From an uncultured virus (IMG/VR IMGVR_UViG_3300020472_000022) (lineage: Duplodnaviria > Heunggongvirae > Uroviricota > Caudoviricetes), in IMG/VR virus record IMGVR_UViG_3300020472_000022: DNA of 64,000 nucleotides, one strand, 5' to 3'. The first letter of the stretch is position 1. Each line of letters opens with the position of its first letter. The translations under genes and the position numbers were made by a program. The notes under the pieces are model-generated. The model was not told where the DNA came from, did not search any database, and worked only from the letters and a program-made list of their open reading frames with translations. Shown piece after piece: positions 47,825-56,656 of the stretch.

Positions 47825-50191
47825 TTAACCACTTAAATCAGTAGCTATTGCTCCGATTAATGCTTGGATACTTTCTACGCTTGCACCATATTTGTCAGGG
47901 TCTGAAGCTATTGCAGTATTGACAAGTTGTGCAATCCTATTTCGATTATTCTCAGCATTTCTAAAATCATAATCTGCTTGATCTCTTAATTGTTGCCACA
48001 AGAAGGCTTGTCCTGTTTGTGACATTGCAAAAGCATTTGATGCATTCTGCATATTGATTTGATTTTGCATTGCTGTATTAACTGTATTAACATTTCTACG
48101 CCATTGAACATTAGATTGTTCTACAGCTGCAGTATTTTGTGCGTTCCATTGATTACGAGCAAAATCTTGATTTGCATTGAACTGTTCTACTTGAGTTGAA
48201 AGTTGTGCATTAAATCTATCAACATCAGCAGCTCTACCAGCATCTCTTGCAGCAGCAGCATTAGTTGATGTAACATTAAACTGCTCCATTGTATTTTTCT
48301 GAGAAACATTAAATTGTTCTACTTGAGCATTTAAACTAGCCATAAATTGCTGTGTTTGATTTTCACTAGTTGAATTGAATTGTTTAGCAGCATTACTTGC
48401 AGATTGATTAGATAACATTCTTTGCTGTGTTTGTTGAGCTTTTAACATATTGGATTGTTGTCTATTACTAAGATTTGCCATATCTGTTTGTAAGAATGCT
48501 TGAGCATTTTGTATTTGCGCTCTTTGATAAAAATCAGCTTCTGCTAAGTTTGCTTGTGATGTTAAAACTGCATTTTGAATAGCAGCTTGTTGATCATTAC
48601 TAGCTTCTGTTAAAGAAACAGTCTGTAAAAATTTACTATTAGACAAAGCAATTTGTTGGTCAGAACTAAACTGAGCCATATCTAAATTAAATACTTTATC
48701 AGCATTTGACAAAGCTACTTGTTGTCTTCTCTGTGCATTAGCTTCTTCAGCTTGAGCCTCTATATTTTTTTGTTGAGAAACACTTTGTTGTATAGCTTGT
48801 GCATTGCTTTGAGCAATAGGTAAAGCACTTTGTATAATAGCATTAAATAAATTATCTCTACCAACTGAAGATGCTGATAGTCCTCGTCTTGCTAACATAG
48901 CTTCAACATTTGCTACTGCTGGAGCAGCCCATGCAGGAATCTCACCTTCTTCAATACCTGTTAGTAATCCATCAATTTGAGTAGATACTAAAGCTTCTTC
49001 AGGTAATCCTTCAATAATTCCTCTTTCTTCTTCAGTAAAATCAGCTAGTCTATCTTCTAAAGCTTCTGGATCATTTCCTATTGATTGAATATCTTCATCA
49101 GATAATCCTGCTTTACTTAGTTGTTTTTTAGCTCTTGTAATTCTAGATAAACTTGTTCCAGCATTTTGAGCTGCTTTAGCTTTTGCTTCAGGACTAAGAG
49201 TTCCTACAACTCTGTCTGTTAATGCACCTTCAGGAATTTCAACATCAGCTCCCTCTACTGGTGCTACTCTGTCGACTTTAGCAGCTTCAGCTAAAGAATC
49301 ATCTCCTACTTCTCCTTGAGCAGTATCAACTGTGACATCTTCATCTACAAGAGTTGGATCATATGTTTTAGTATCTATTTGATCTGGGGTTGTTACAGTA
49401 TCTGCAGTTCCTTTAGTTACTGTTTCTGGATCAACTCCTTCAGCCCTTGTACCGGTTACAGGTGTAGTAGCATCCATTCTTGTTTGTCTTTGATCAACTC
49501 CTTCTTGAAGTGGAACAGCCTCAGGAACTCTAACATTTTCTGGAAGAACACCTGCTGCAGCTTCTTCTGGTGTAGGAGGAACATCGCCAACTTTATATTT
49601 TTGAGTAGGCGTAGGAGGAGCTGGAGGAGGAGGAGGAGTTGCAGAAGCAAAAGTTGTAGTATCTTTTAATGCATCTAAATCTAGTTTCTCTCCGGGTTTT
49701 AATGCCGAACCAAAGCCAGTACCAAAGCCACTTGGCATTGGTCTAGTAGATCCTCCCGGTGGAGCTGTTGCAGCCGTTTGAGAAACAGGTTGTCCTTGTT
49801 GTTGTACAGGTTGTCCTGCAGGTACTGGTGTAAATTGAGGTTGTTGTGTAATAGGAGGCTGTGTAGGTGTCGTTATAGGTGTAGATTGTTGTGTTATACC
49901 GCCTACATTTCCACCAGTTTGTATTGCTTCTGAAGCACCACCACCTGTAGGTTGTTGTACAGGTCCTTGAGTTGGAAGATCCTTTCCTCCAGAACTACCA
50001 AGAAAAGGGGTTAAATCTAATCCTCCTTCTCTTTCGGCTTTCTGAGATTCTGCCCACTCTTTATAATCCATACTGTATTCTCTACCGGAATCATAATCTT
50101 TCCGTAATGGCATTGGTCCACCAGCTTGATAACTAACCCTACCGCCTTTGCGATAGTCCTGTCTCTTTTTATATTGTCTTTTACGAGCCAT
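47825..50191 (-). CDS. Internal virion protein, Q/N/A-rich
   Basis: Pro/Gln-rich N-terminus, GLSASSVG, repeated QFN units. Confidence 0.6.
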   Translation of the reverse strand: MARKRQYKKRQDYRKGGRVSYQAGGPMPLRKDYDSGREYSMDYKEWAESQKAEREGGLDLTPFLGSSGGKDLPTQGPVQQPTGGGASEAIQTGGNVGGITQQSTPITTPTQPPITQQPQFTPVPAGQPVQQQGQPVSQTAATAPPGGSTRPMPSGFGTGFGSALKPGEKLDLDALKDTTTFASATPPPPPAPPTPTQKYKVGDVPPTPEEAAAGVLPENVRVPEAVPLQEGVDQRQTRMDATTPVTGTRAEGVDPETVTKGTADTVTTPDQIDTKTYDPTLVDEDVTVDTAQGEVGDDSLAEAAKVDRVAPVEGADVEIPEGALTDRVVGTLSPEAKAKAAQNAGTSLSRITRAKKQLSKAGLSDEDIQSIGNDPEALEDRLADFTEEERGIIEGLPEEALVSTQIDGLLTGIEEGEIPAWAAPAVANVEAMLARRGLSASSVGRDNLFNAIIQSALPIAQSNAQAIQQSVSQQKNIEAQAEEANAQRRQQVALSNADKVFNLDMAQFSSDQQIALSNSKFLQTVSLTEASNDQQAAIQNAVLTSQANLAEADFYQRAQIQNAQAFLQTDMANLSNRQQSNMLKAQQTQQRMLSNQSASNAAKQFNSTSENQTQQFMASLNAQVEQFNVSQKNTMEQFNVTSTNAAAARDAGRAADVDRFNAQLSTQVEQFNANQDFARNQWNAQNTAAVEQSNVQWRRNVNTVNTAMQNQINMQNASNAFAMSQTGQAFLWQQLRDQADYDFRNAENNRNRIAQLVNTAIASDPDKYGASVESIQALIGAIATDLSG

Positions 50192-50193
50192 AA

Positions 50194-50367
50194 TTATTTC
50201 ATCCTATTAGTAAGTTCTTTAACAGTATCAGTTTCCCATATCCTGATACCAGTCCATATCAATGTAAACAAAGCAGCTAGAGGAGGCAGCCATCCCATTA
50301 AAGCACCAGCAGTTCCTGATACAGCTATTACATCTACTACTGTTTTTAATTCTTCATCAAGCGGCAT
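50194..50367 (-). CDS. Small membrane protein, 57 aa
   Basis: LPPLAALFTLIWTGIRIWET shared with 436-597. Confidence 0.75.
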   Translation of the reverse strand: MPLDEELKTVVDVIAVSGTAGALMGWLPPLAALFTLIWTGIRIWETDTVKELTNRMK

Positions 50368-50424
50368 TAAACCTTCTCCTGTTCTTTTAATATCTTTATA
50401 TTGTGTGTATTTTATATTCCATAC

Positions 50425-50670
50425 TTATGGAGTATAAGCTTTTGCTTTGGTAATAGCTGCATTAATTGCAGTAAAATCTTCGCTTCCCCAATCATCTAAT
50501 GCGACACCATATTCTAAATAACCACAAGTTCGTAATACGCGGGCTTGTTTTTCAGCGTTGGTCATATCGTTACAAAAGTCATTGCTGTCGTCTAGACAGT
50601 TATCAATAACAGTAATCATACCTACCATAGCATTATACATTTGTGCTTTTTCATCTGATGTTCTTGCCAT
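50425..50670 (-). CDS. Hypothetical protein (copy 2)
   Basis: Near-identical to 867-1112. Confidence 0.8.
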   Translation of the reverse strand: MARTSDEKAQMYNAMVGMITVIDNCLDDSNDFCNDMTNAEKQARVLRTCGYLEYGVALDDWGSEDFTAINAAITKAKAYTP

Positions 50671-50694
50671 TTATTTTACTCCTTACATTTACAT

Positions 50695-51078
50695 TTATTG
50701 TTTTTTTCTTTTAAATATTTTCCAATCTTTAGAACGCCTTCCATTTTTAATAAGAGTTCCTTTTTGTTCTAGTTCTCCATTCTCATAGAAAATTTCACAT
50801 AGTCCATTAGGAATACCATCTTTATGCATAGTTTTTCGTTGTATGTTTCCGTTTTCCCAATACCAAGTTGCTAATCCAATTCTATATCCTGCTCTATTAT
50901 TTGGTAAATTTCCTTGTACAACTCTATTAGAAGGTCTATTTTTTGGATCACCAGTTTCATACTCTTCTGGAAAAATTTTAGTTCCTATTGGTTTATTAAT
51001 AAATTCTTTTGGCATCTCTACATAGTAACCAGTAAATTTTAATGTTTTATTATCTTCTTGGAATCTTTCAATAAACAC
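50695..51078 (-). CDS. MORN-repeat protein (copy 2)
   Basis: Identical translation to 1137-1520. Confidence 0.65.
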   Translation of the reverse strand: MFIERFQEDNKTLKFTGYYVEMPKEFINKPIGTKIFPEEYETGDPKNRPSNRVVQGNLPNNRAGYRIGLATWYWENGNIQRKTMHKDGIPNGLCEIFYENGELEQKGTLIKNGRRSKDWKIFKRKKQ

Positions 51079-51113
51079 TACTTCTTCCGATATTTTTGTT
51101 AATATAATTTTAA

Positions 51114-52979
51114 TTATTTTTTACATTTACATTTATTGTTTTCTAACTCTTCAACTTTAGCAGACAGTTCTTGGACTGACTTAACTAACATAGGTACAAA
51201 TTTACTATAGATTAAACCATACTGATTACCATCATTACTAAGGGTAGTTGTAAGGTTTGTTTTATCAGCTATATTATAACCATACTCAGATTCTAATTTT
51301 TCTACATCTTGAGCTAAGAACCCAGTATCTAACCAATCTTCTTTGTGAGTACCATCAGTAATTAAGTCTTTAAAGTCTTTGCCTTGTTCAACATATTTAC
51401 TTCTTTTGTCCCATCTATAAGTAACAGGTTCTAACTTATTAACAAAGTCTAAACCCATTTCCATTGGTGTTACATCTGTTTTATCACGCTTATCAGAAGC
51501 TATTGACCAAGCTACTTGAACATTTGCACTAGTAATAGAGGCATGACCAAGACATATATGATTACTGTCTGTTGTTATATTTCCACCCGGATTTCCTGTT
51601 CTACCTGCATCAGTACCTAAAAATATATTATTAGCACCGCTTGACACCGCAAAACCTGATCCTTGACCCAATGCAACATTATAATTACCTGTAATTGTAC
51701 CTCCACCCATAGCATCAGTTCCGATTGCTGTGCTACCATTACCTGTGGTTTGAGCATCAGCAGCTCTAGCACCAATCATAGTATTTGATACGCCTGTGCT
51801 TAAAATTTTTCCTGCTTCATAACCCAAAGCCGTATTATAATTAGAAGTTGCTGAATCAAAGTCTTGTGTTTGTAAAGCTCCATAACCTACAGCAGTTGCA
51901 CCACTTCCTAACTGATCTCCTGTTAAAGCATTTGCTCCTACAGCAACATTATAATCAGCATCTTCTAGAGCATCACCTGCTGAATGACCTATAAAAGTAT
52001 TATAAACTCCTACAGTCATACCATATCCTGCATTAGCACCTACTGCTGTATTTCGTGTAGTTGTAACTGATGTAAAGTTTTGTACTCCTAAAGCTGCATA
52101 TCCTATAGCAGTACTCTGATCTCCTTTAGTGTCTGATCCTAAAGATGAAACACCTATAGCAGTATTAAAATCAGCATCCGAAAGAGCATCACCTGCAAAT
52201 GCACCCATAATTGTATTGTTAGTTCCTGTACTTATTGTAGTACCAGCATTATATCCAACGGCTGTATTATCATTATTAGCATCATTATTTTGTGTGCTTA
52301 GTGTCCCATAACCAACAGCCGTTGATCTACTACCTGTATCTTCTGCGTCTAAAGCTGCATAACCTATGGCTACATTGTTATCCCCTGTCGTTAAAGCCGT
52401 ACCAGCTTCATCACCAATAACAGTATTATAATTACCGCCACTTGCAATGCTGTTACCTGCATTAACACCTGCTCTAAAGTTACTTGTTCCTGCTGAAGCT
52501 GTGATTATATCTGCACCATCTGAAAATGTTGTATCTCCAGCAATAGAAAGGGTTCCTGCCAAACTTAAATCTGTAAACGCATCATAAACAACCGCTCCAG
52601 AGCCACCTCCATCCGTTGCTATTACTTTTACCTGACCTGCCAAAACAGCGACATTAGCTCCTGATCCTTGAGAAAAAGTAAGCGTATAGGATGTTGCATT
52701 TTCAATAAACCAAACTTTACTAACAGTATTTGGAGCTAGAGTAACAGTACAAGCTTGACCTCCTCCTGTGCATTTTAAATACAAACTTCTGGCTTCATCG
52801 GCAGTTCCATCAGCCATTGTGATAGTATGTGTCGAAGCATCTGCTATGGCTTCTGAGCCATAGCTAAAGGCAGAAGCAATTTGTTCGATGCTGGCATTAA
52901 GTTTTGTTCCCCAGTCACCACTATTCTCTCCAGTAGTTTGTTCTTCAATCCTAAGATCATTTACATAAGTGCTTGCCAT
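51114..52979 (-). CDS. Tail fibre with S74 chaperone (phage B)
   Basis: Different ~155-aa N-terminus (GENSGDWG) fused to the same C-terminal ~460 aa as 1556-5641. Confidence 0.85.
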   Translation of the reverse strand: MASTYVNDLRIEEQTTGENSGDWGTKLNASIEQIASAFSYGSEAIADASTHTITMADGTADEARSLYLKCTGGGQACTVTLAPNTVSKVWFIENATSYTLTFSQGSGANVAVLAGQVKVIATDGGGSGAVVYDAFTDLSLAGTLSIAGDTTFSDGADIITASAGTSNFRAGVNAGNSIASGGNYNTVIGDEAGTALTTGDNNVAIGYAALDAEDTGSRSTAVGYGTLSTQNNDANNDNTAVGYNAGTTISTGTNNTIMGAFAGDALSDADFNTAIGVSSLGSDTKGDQSTAIGYAALGVQNFTSVTTTRNTAVGANAGYGMTVGVYNTFIGHSAGDALEDADYNVAVGANALTGDQLGSGATAVGYGALQTQDFDSATSNYNTALGYEAGKILSTGVSNTMIGARAADAQTTGNGSTAIGTDAMGGGTITGNYNVALGQGSGFAVSSGANNIFLGTDAGRTGNPGGNITTDSNHICLGHASITSANVQVAWSIASDKRDKTDVTPMEMGLDFVNKLEPVTYRWDKRSKYVEQGKDFKDLITDGTHKEDWLDTGFLAQDVEKLESEYGYNIADKTNLTTTLSNDGNQYGLIYSKFVPMLVKSVQELSAKVEELENNKCKCKK

Positions 52980-52993
52980 ATTCTATTCCTCTA

Positions 52994-53689
52994 TTAAGCT
53001 GCTTCTTTCCATGTTGTCGATGCAGCAGATTGTTCTGTCCATGTAGTATCAGCCTCTCCTTGTTCGTTCCAAGAAGTTGACACATTCGTTTCTTTACCCC
53101 ATATAAAAGGGATACCAATGGAGCCTGTCATTGCTAAACCTTCTAATGTAATTGATGAGTTTCCAGTTGTTGTGACACTACCAAGCGAGCCAGTAGATGA
53201 AACACCTGTTACTGAAATGGTACTTGCAGTTGATATTACAACTGATCCTAATGAACCAGTAATGCTGATTCCAGTAGGAGAAATAATGGCTCCTCCTATT
53301 GCTGTTACAGATCCAATGCTTCCACTTGATGCATTACCAGTTACACTGGTATTTGCATCAGCAGAAATAGTTACGCTACCTAAAGCACTTGTACCAACAT
53401 TGCCAGTAGGTGATACAACAGCTGTACCTGTAGCTGTAATACTTCCTAATCCGCTTGTGCCAACATTACCTGTTGCAGATACATCGGCATTTGCTGAAAC
53501 GCTAACACTACCTAATGAAGTTGTGCCAGCTAATCCCGTTACAGAAAAACTTGCTCCTGCACTGATTGTTACTGATCCTAAAGCTGAAGTAAGGCCAGTG
53601 ATTGCTTGTTCAGCATCACCATAAGTTAACTCTCCAAAATATATATTAGATGAGTTCCAGCCTTGATATGCAACTTTGGTATCAGCCAT
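52994..53689 (-). CDS. Gly/Ser/Thr-repeat structural protein
   Basis: ~21-aa repeats ending LGSV. Confidence 0.6.
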   Translation of the reverse strand: MADTKVAYQGWNSSNIYFGELTYGDAEQAITGLTSALGSVTISAGASFSVTGLAGTTSLGSVSVSANADVSATGNVGTSGLGSITATGTAVVSPTGNVGTSALGSVTISADANTSVTGNASSGSIGSVTAIGGAIISPTGISITGSLGSVVISTASTISVTGVSSTGSLGSVTTTGNSSITLEGLAMTGSIGIPFIWGKETNVSTSWNEQGEADTTWTEQSAASTTWKEAA

Positions 53690-53693
53690 TTTG

Positions 53694-54125
53694 TTAAGCT
53701 ATCCTGATAATTGCATTTGAAGCATCTGCTGTTGGAAAAGCTATTGAAAATGTACCAGCTGTCGAAGTCTTATCTCCACCAAAATCTAAAATAGCTACTG
53801 CTGGATCACCAGAAGCACTATCATTAAAAATCATAGCTCCTCGTGCGGTTATTGTCGCTGTTGACCAAGAAGTATCTGAAAAATCTGTCAAAGCGGTAGT
53901 TGAACTTGTTGTTGGATCAACTCTAGTGAGTGTATTTCCTTTTGCTGTATATCCAGTTCCAGAAACTTCATTGCTTGTAGTATATGCTGTAGTAGCAGCT
54001 CCAAGACTTGCACTAGATGTATACAAAGCAATTTGAAAGGTGCTGCCACCTGAGTTTTTAAAATTGTGTACGCCTTCTAACAGTTCTTGTTTAAAACTGG
54101 TACACATTGCTTGTGATATTGCCAT
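53694..54125 (-). CDS. Conserved virion structural protein
   Basis: MAISQAMCTSFKQELL..NEVSGTGY..LDFGGDKTST. Confidence 0.65.
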   Translation of the reverse strand: MAISQAMCTSFKQELLEGVHNFKNSGGSTFQIALYTSSASLGAATTAYTTSNEVSGTGYTAKGNTLTRVDPTTSSTTALTDFSDTSWSTATITARGAMIFNDSASGDPAVAILDFGGDKTSTAGTFSIAFPTADASNAIIRIA

Positions 54126-54407
54126 TTATAATCTCTCCAAAATTAAAGCCATATCTTTATGACCTTGTTCTCTTAATTTATTAGCTAAAGTTGTTTTGTC
54201 ATTTACAATCGCTTCTTTCATTGCATGAACAATAATATGAAAGATGCGTGTCTTAAACGCTCTAGCTTGCTCTTTTATTTTTGGATCGGCAGTGTCAGCT
54301 ATGCTAAGGATCTGGTATACTGTTCTTTCCGCTATTTCTTCTGGTGTAAAACCACGATGGTCTGTGGTACTTACTTTTACTGTTCCAGGCTGTATAAAGG
54401 ACAGCAT
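54126..54407 (-). CDS. Hypothetical protein
   Basis: Translationally coupled ORF. Confidence 0.65.
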   Translation of the reverse strand: MLSFIQPGTVKVSTTDHRGFTPEEIAERTVYQILSIADTADPKIKEQARAFKTRIFHIIVHAMKEAIVNDKTTLANKLREQGHKDMALILERL

Positions 54408-55024
54408 TATTGCAAAGGCTTAAAAGCCATTCGCATTGATACTTGTCCTTGTGATCTTTCATTGCTGATGTTCATATCAGCAATGGCTTTTTCGTAAAGA
54501 CCAAAAAATGTTCCTAGTCTTTCATCATTCTGTAAATATGGTGCGCTTTGAATAAGCGCTCCATATAAATAAATATCTGGTGATAAAGATAAAAGCCAAT
54601 TACTTGTATTGCTATCTGATAAAGCTTCTACTTTTCCATAATAAACAACTTCTGCTGTATAGCTTGCATCTGGAGATGGATATACTTCAAACTCGGTTCC
54701 TACCATCGTAAAATATTTTGGTCTACCTGATGCACTAGAAGCATGTCTTTTTTCATTAATTTGTTCTTGTGTAATATATTCAAGTGGCTCTATTGGATCA
54801 GTCTGTAGATTTAAAGCTACTGTCTGCATCCAGTCAGTAGGTGTAGCACTATATCTTTCAGATATAGTTGCTGTTGATCTTGTTACCATTTTTCTATGTC
54901 TAATAGAACGATTAAACTGAGCTTCAGCTAAAGTAATAAAATCTGGTATCACTGAAGATAAATCTGAACGATTTAACCAATCTCCAACGCTACTTTGTAA
55001 TTCACTATAAGTAGTAATTGCCAT
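54407..55024 (-). CDS. Head-tail adaptor-like protein (phage B)
   Basis: MAITTYSEL..DWLNRSDL..FITLAE, YPSPD, PDIYLYGAL. Confidence 0.7.
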   Translation of the reverse strand: MAITTYSELQSSVGDWLNRSDLSSVIPDFITLAEAQFNRSIRHRKMVTRSTATISERYSATPTDWMQTVALNLQTDPIEPLEYITQEQINEKRHASSASGRPKYFTMVGTEFEVYPSPDASYTAEVVYYGKVEALSDSNTSNWLLSLSPDIYLYGALIQSAPYLQNDERLGTFFGLYEKAIADMNISNERSQGQVSMRMAFKPLQ

Positions 55025-55356
55025 TAAATCCTACCGCCTCTTGTTTTAAAATATTTATTGTCTGGATCATTAAGCCACTTTTTCATTGCAGCTTGATCGT
55101 TAGTAATTCCTTTTTTCTTTAGTTCGTAATAAATACTCATAGGAATAGAAGCTACTTTGCTCCATTCCCCATATTTTTGATGCTTGTCTATTTCATTTGC
55201 TTGTATCTTGTTATGTTTAATTATTGACGAAACATCTTGTACTGTTTGTATGACGATTGAATCATCACTTTCTCTACCGCTACTTGATTCTTCATATTGA
55301 AAATTAGTTGTTGTACTTGTAGCTAAATCTTTATCAATTATTCTTTTCATAACCAT
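55024..55356 (-). CDS. Conserved hypothetical protein after MCP
   Basis: QDVS.II, KVASIP, KKWLNDPDN. Confidence 0.7.
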   Translation of the reverse strand: MVMKRIIDKDLATSTTTNFQYEESSSGRESDDSIVIQTVQDVSSIIKHNKIQANEIDKHQKYGEWSKVASIPMSIYYELKKKGITNDQAAMKKWLNDPDNKYFKTRGGRI

Positions 55357-55400
55357 ATATATGTTTTTCTATACATTATTTTATCATTTTCTAAAGATCA

Positions 55401-55420
55401 GGAGAGGGTTGCCCCTCTCC
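55401..55420 (-). terminator. Hairpin after phage B MCP
   Basis: GGAGAGGG-GCAA-CCCTCTCC; weak U tract. Confidence 0.55.
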
Positions 55421-55441
55421 TTCACTTTACTTTTTACTCGA

Positions 55442-56644
55442 TTAAGAAACGCTTAAGTCGTAAGCAGCTCCCAAACCTTTTTCATTTCTAACTTCTAATC
55501 CACCTTCAAAGATCAGCATGCTTTTCTCAGCATCACCAGTCTTAGCCAGTTTTACTTCCTGAATAGGTCGCAGTGTTGCTACTGCTGCTAACTCAGGATC
55601 AAGAACATAAGCATCTCTTGATCTTGAGAATCTATTAGGTACGATTGAAACAGAACCGAAGTCACTCACATAACAATTTTCTTCAAAATAAGTCGCTAAC
55701 TTATTCCCGTTATTAACTGCTCCATGTCGCCATGAAGTTGAGACTATATCATCATCCGTTCTGGATGGATGGCGCTTCCGCTCGCTTGAGCGTACTCCTT
55801 TCGGATAGTCGTTGCACCTTCCCTTTCGGGCTTGGCTCAATATTGTCTTTGTACTAAAGAGTTTCATTGAATTCACCATCTTATTGCCTGCGTATCCCTA
55901 CGCAGCGATGCTTAACATTGAGTCAACATCAGCAGCCCCTACGATCACCGTTGGACCATCACTCGGAGCAAGATACCTGTTCGCAGCTATACCTGAAAAT
56001 CCTGATACAACTGTCTTTACATGTGCCCCGACCATCAGCATTTGCGGATCACCGCCACTATTCCAAGTGCTTTGTAAAACAGCTTTTAAAATAGTTTCAG
56101 TAATTGCTCGTGGTGTTCCATCAGTACATTGAGTGCCATCGCCAGGTGAAGAACCACCAGAACCATGAGAGACATTAGTTGCTACCCATGAGGAAAGTGA
56201 ACCTGTCTCTCTAGCAGTGGAAGTGCCCCCACTAACCTTCGAATTATTCACCCCACAAAAATTTAACTCAATATCTCGTTTTAGCTCACGGCCAGCTTTC
56301 ACTAATTGATAAGCATGTTCTGATTTTCTACCTGCTTCATTAATTACTTCTAAGTTGTCAGCAATGATAAAAGTCTTACGCATAATTTGTGAAAAATTAG
56401 TACGAAGAGTTGTTGCTGCAACCGCAGAAAAAGATGAAACATCATCACCATCAAGTTGTGCATTTGCTGCTGCATTTGCAAGTTGGTCTTGTTGCCAACT
56501 AAAGGTTGTGTTAGTTATTTTTCTTTTACCGATATTCGAAACGAATGGAGTGTCTTGAGGAGATACATTCCAAATTACATTGGATAAATCCTCTCTCATT
56601 CCAACGGCTGAATACCTTGTAAAAGTATTAGTTACAATTGCCAT
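55442..56644 (-). CDS. Major capsid protein (phage B), spliced: exons 56644-55926 and 55673-55442, 316 aa
   Basis: REDLSNVI..SP.DTPF N-terminus; splicing restores AADV-YVSDFG and the LAKTGDAEK C-terminus. Confidence 0.85.
55674..55925 (-). ncRNA. Group I self-splicing intron (252 nt, no ORF, IA2-like)
   Basis: P1 with U.G wobble, P3 GAUGGUG/CGCCAUC, P4 UUCAAU/AUUGAG, P7 GACUA/UAGUC, P7.1/P7.2, P8, P9, terminal G. Confidence 0.92.
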
Positions 56645-56656
56645 TTTTATTTACCT

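Larger units (their letters stand above)
867..50424. mobile_element. Phage A: apparently complete podovirus-like genome unit (49,558 bp), T7-like replication genes without RNA polymerase
   Basis: One copy each of terminase, portal, scaffold, MCP, tail, ejection, replication and lysis genes between two copies of a 2.09-kb direct repeat offset by 49,558 bp. Confidence 0.85.
50425..52513. repeat. Direct repeat copy 2
   Basis: Matches 867-2955. Confidence 0.95.

Noticed and set aside
867..52513. The 2.09-kb repeat as a phage terminal repeat, a DGR template/variable pair, or an invertible tail-fibre switch
   Set aside because: It starts inside a tail-fibre gene and has unrelated flanks. The differences are not adenine-specific and no reverse transcriptase is present. 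The copies are direct, not inverted.
55442..55879. 145-aa ORF as an independent gene, or the split capsid gene as a pseudogene
   Set aside because: Its N-terminal part is intron sequence, and splicing restores one intact capsid frame.
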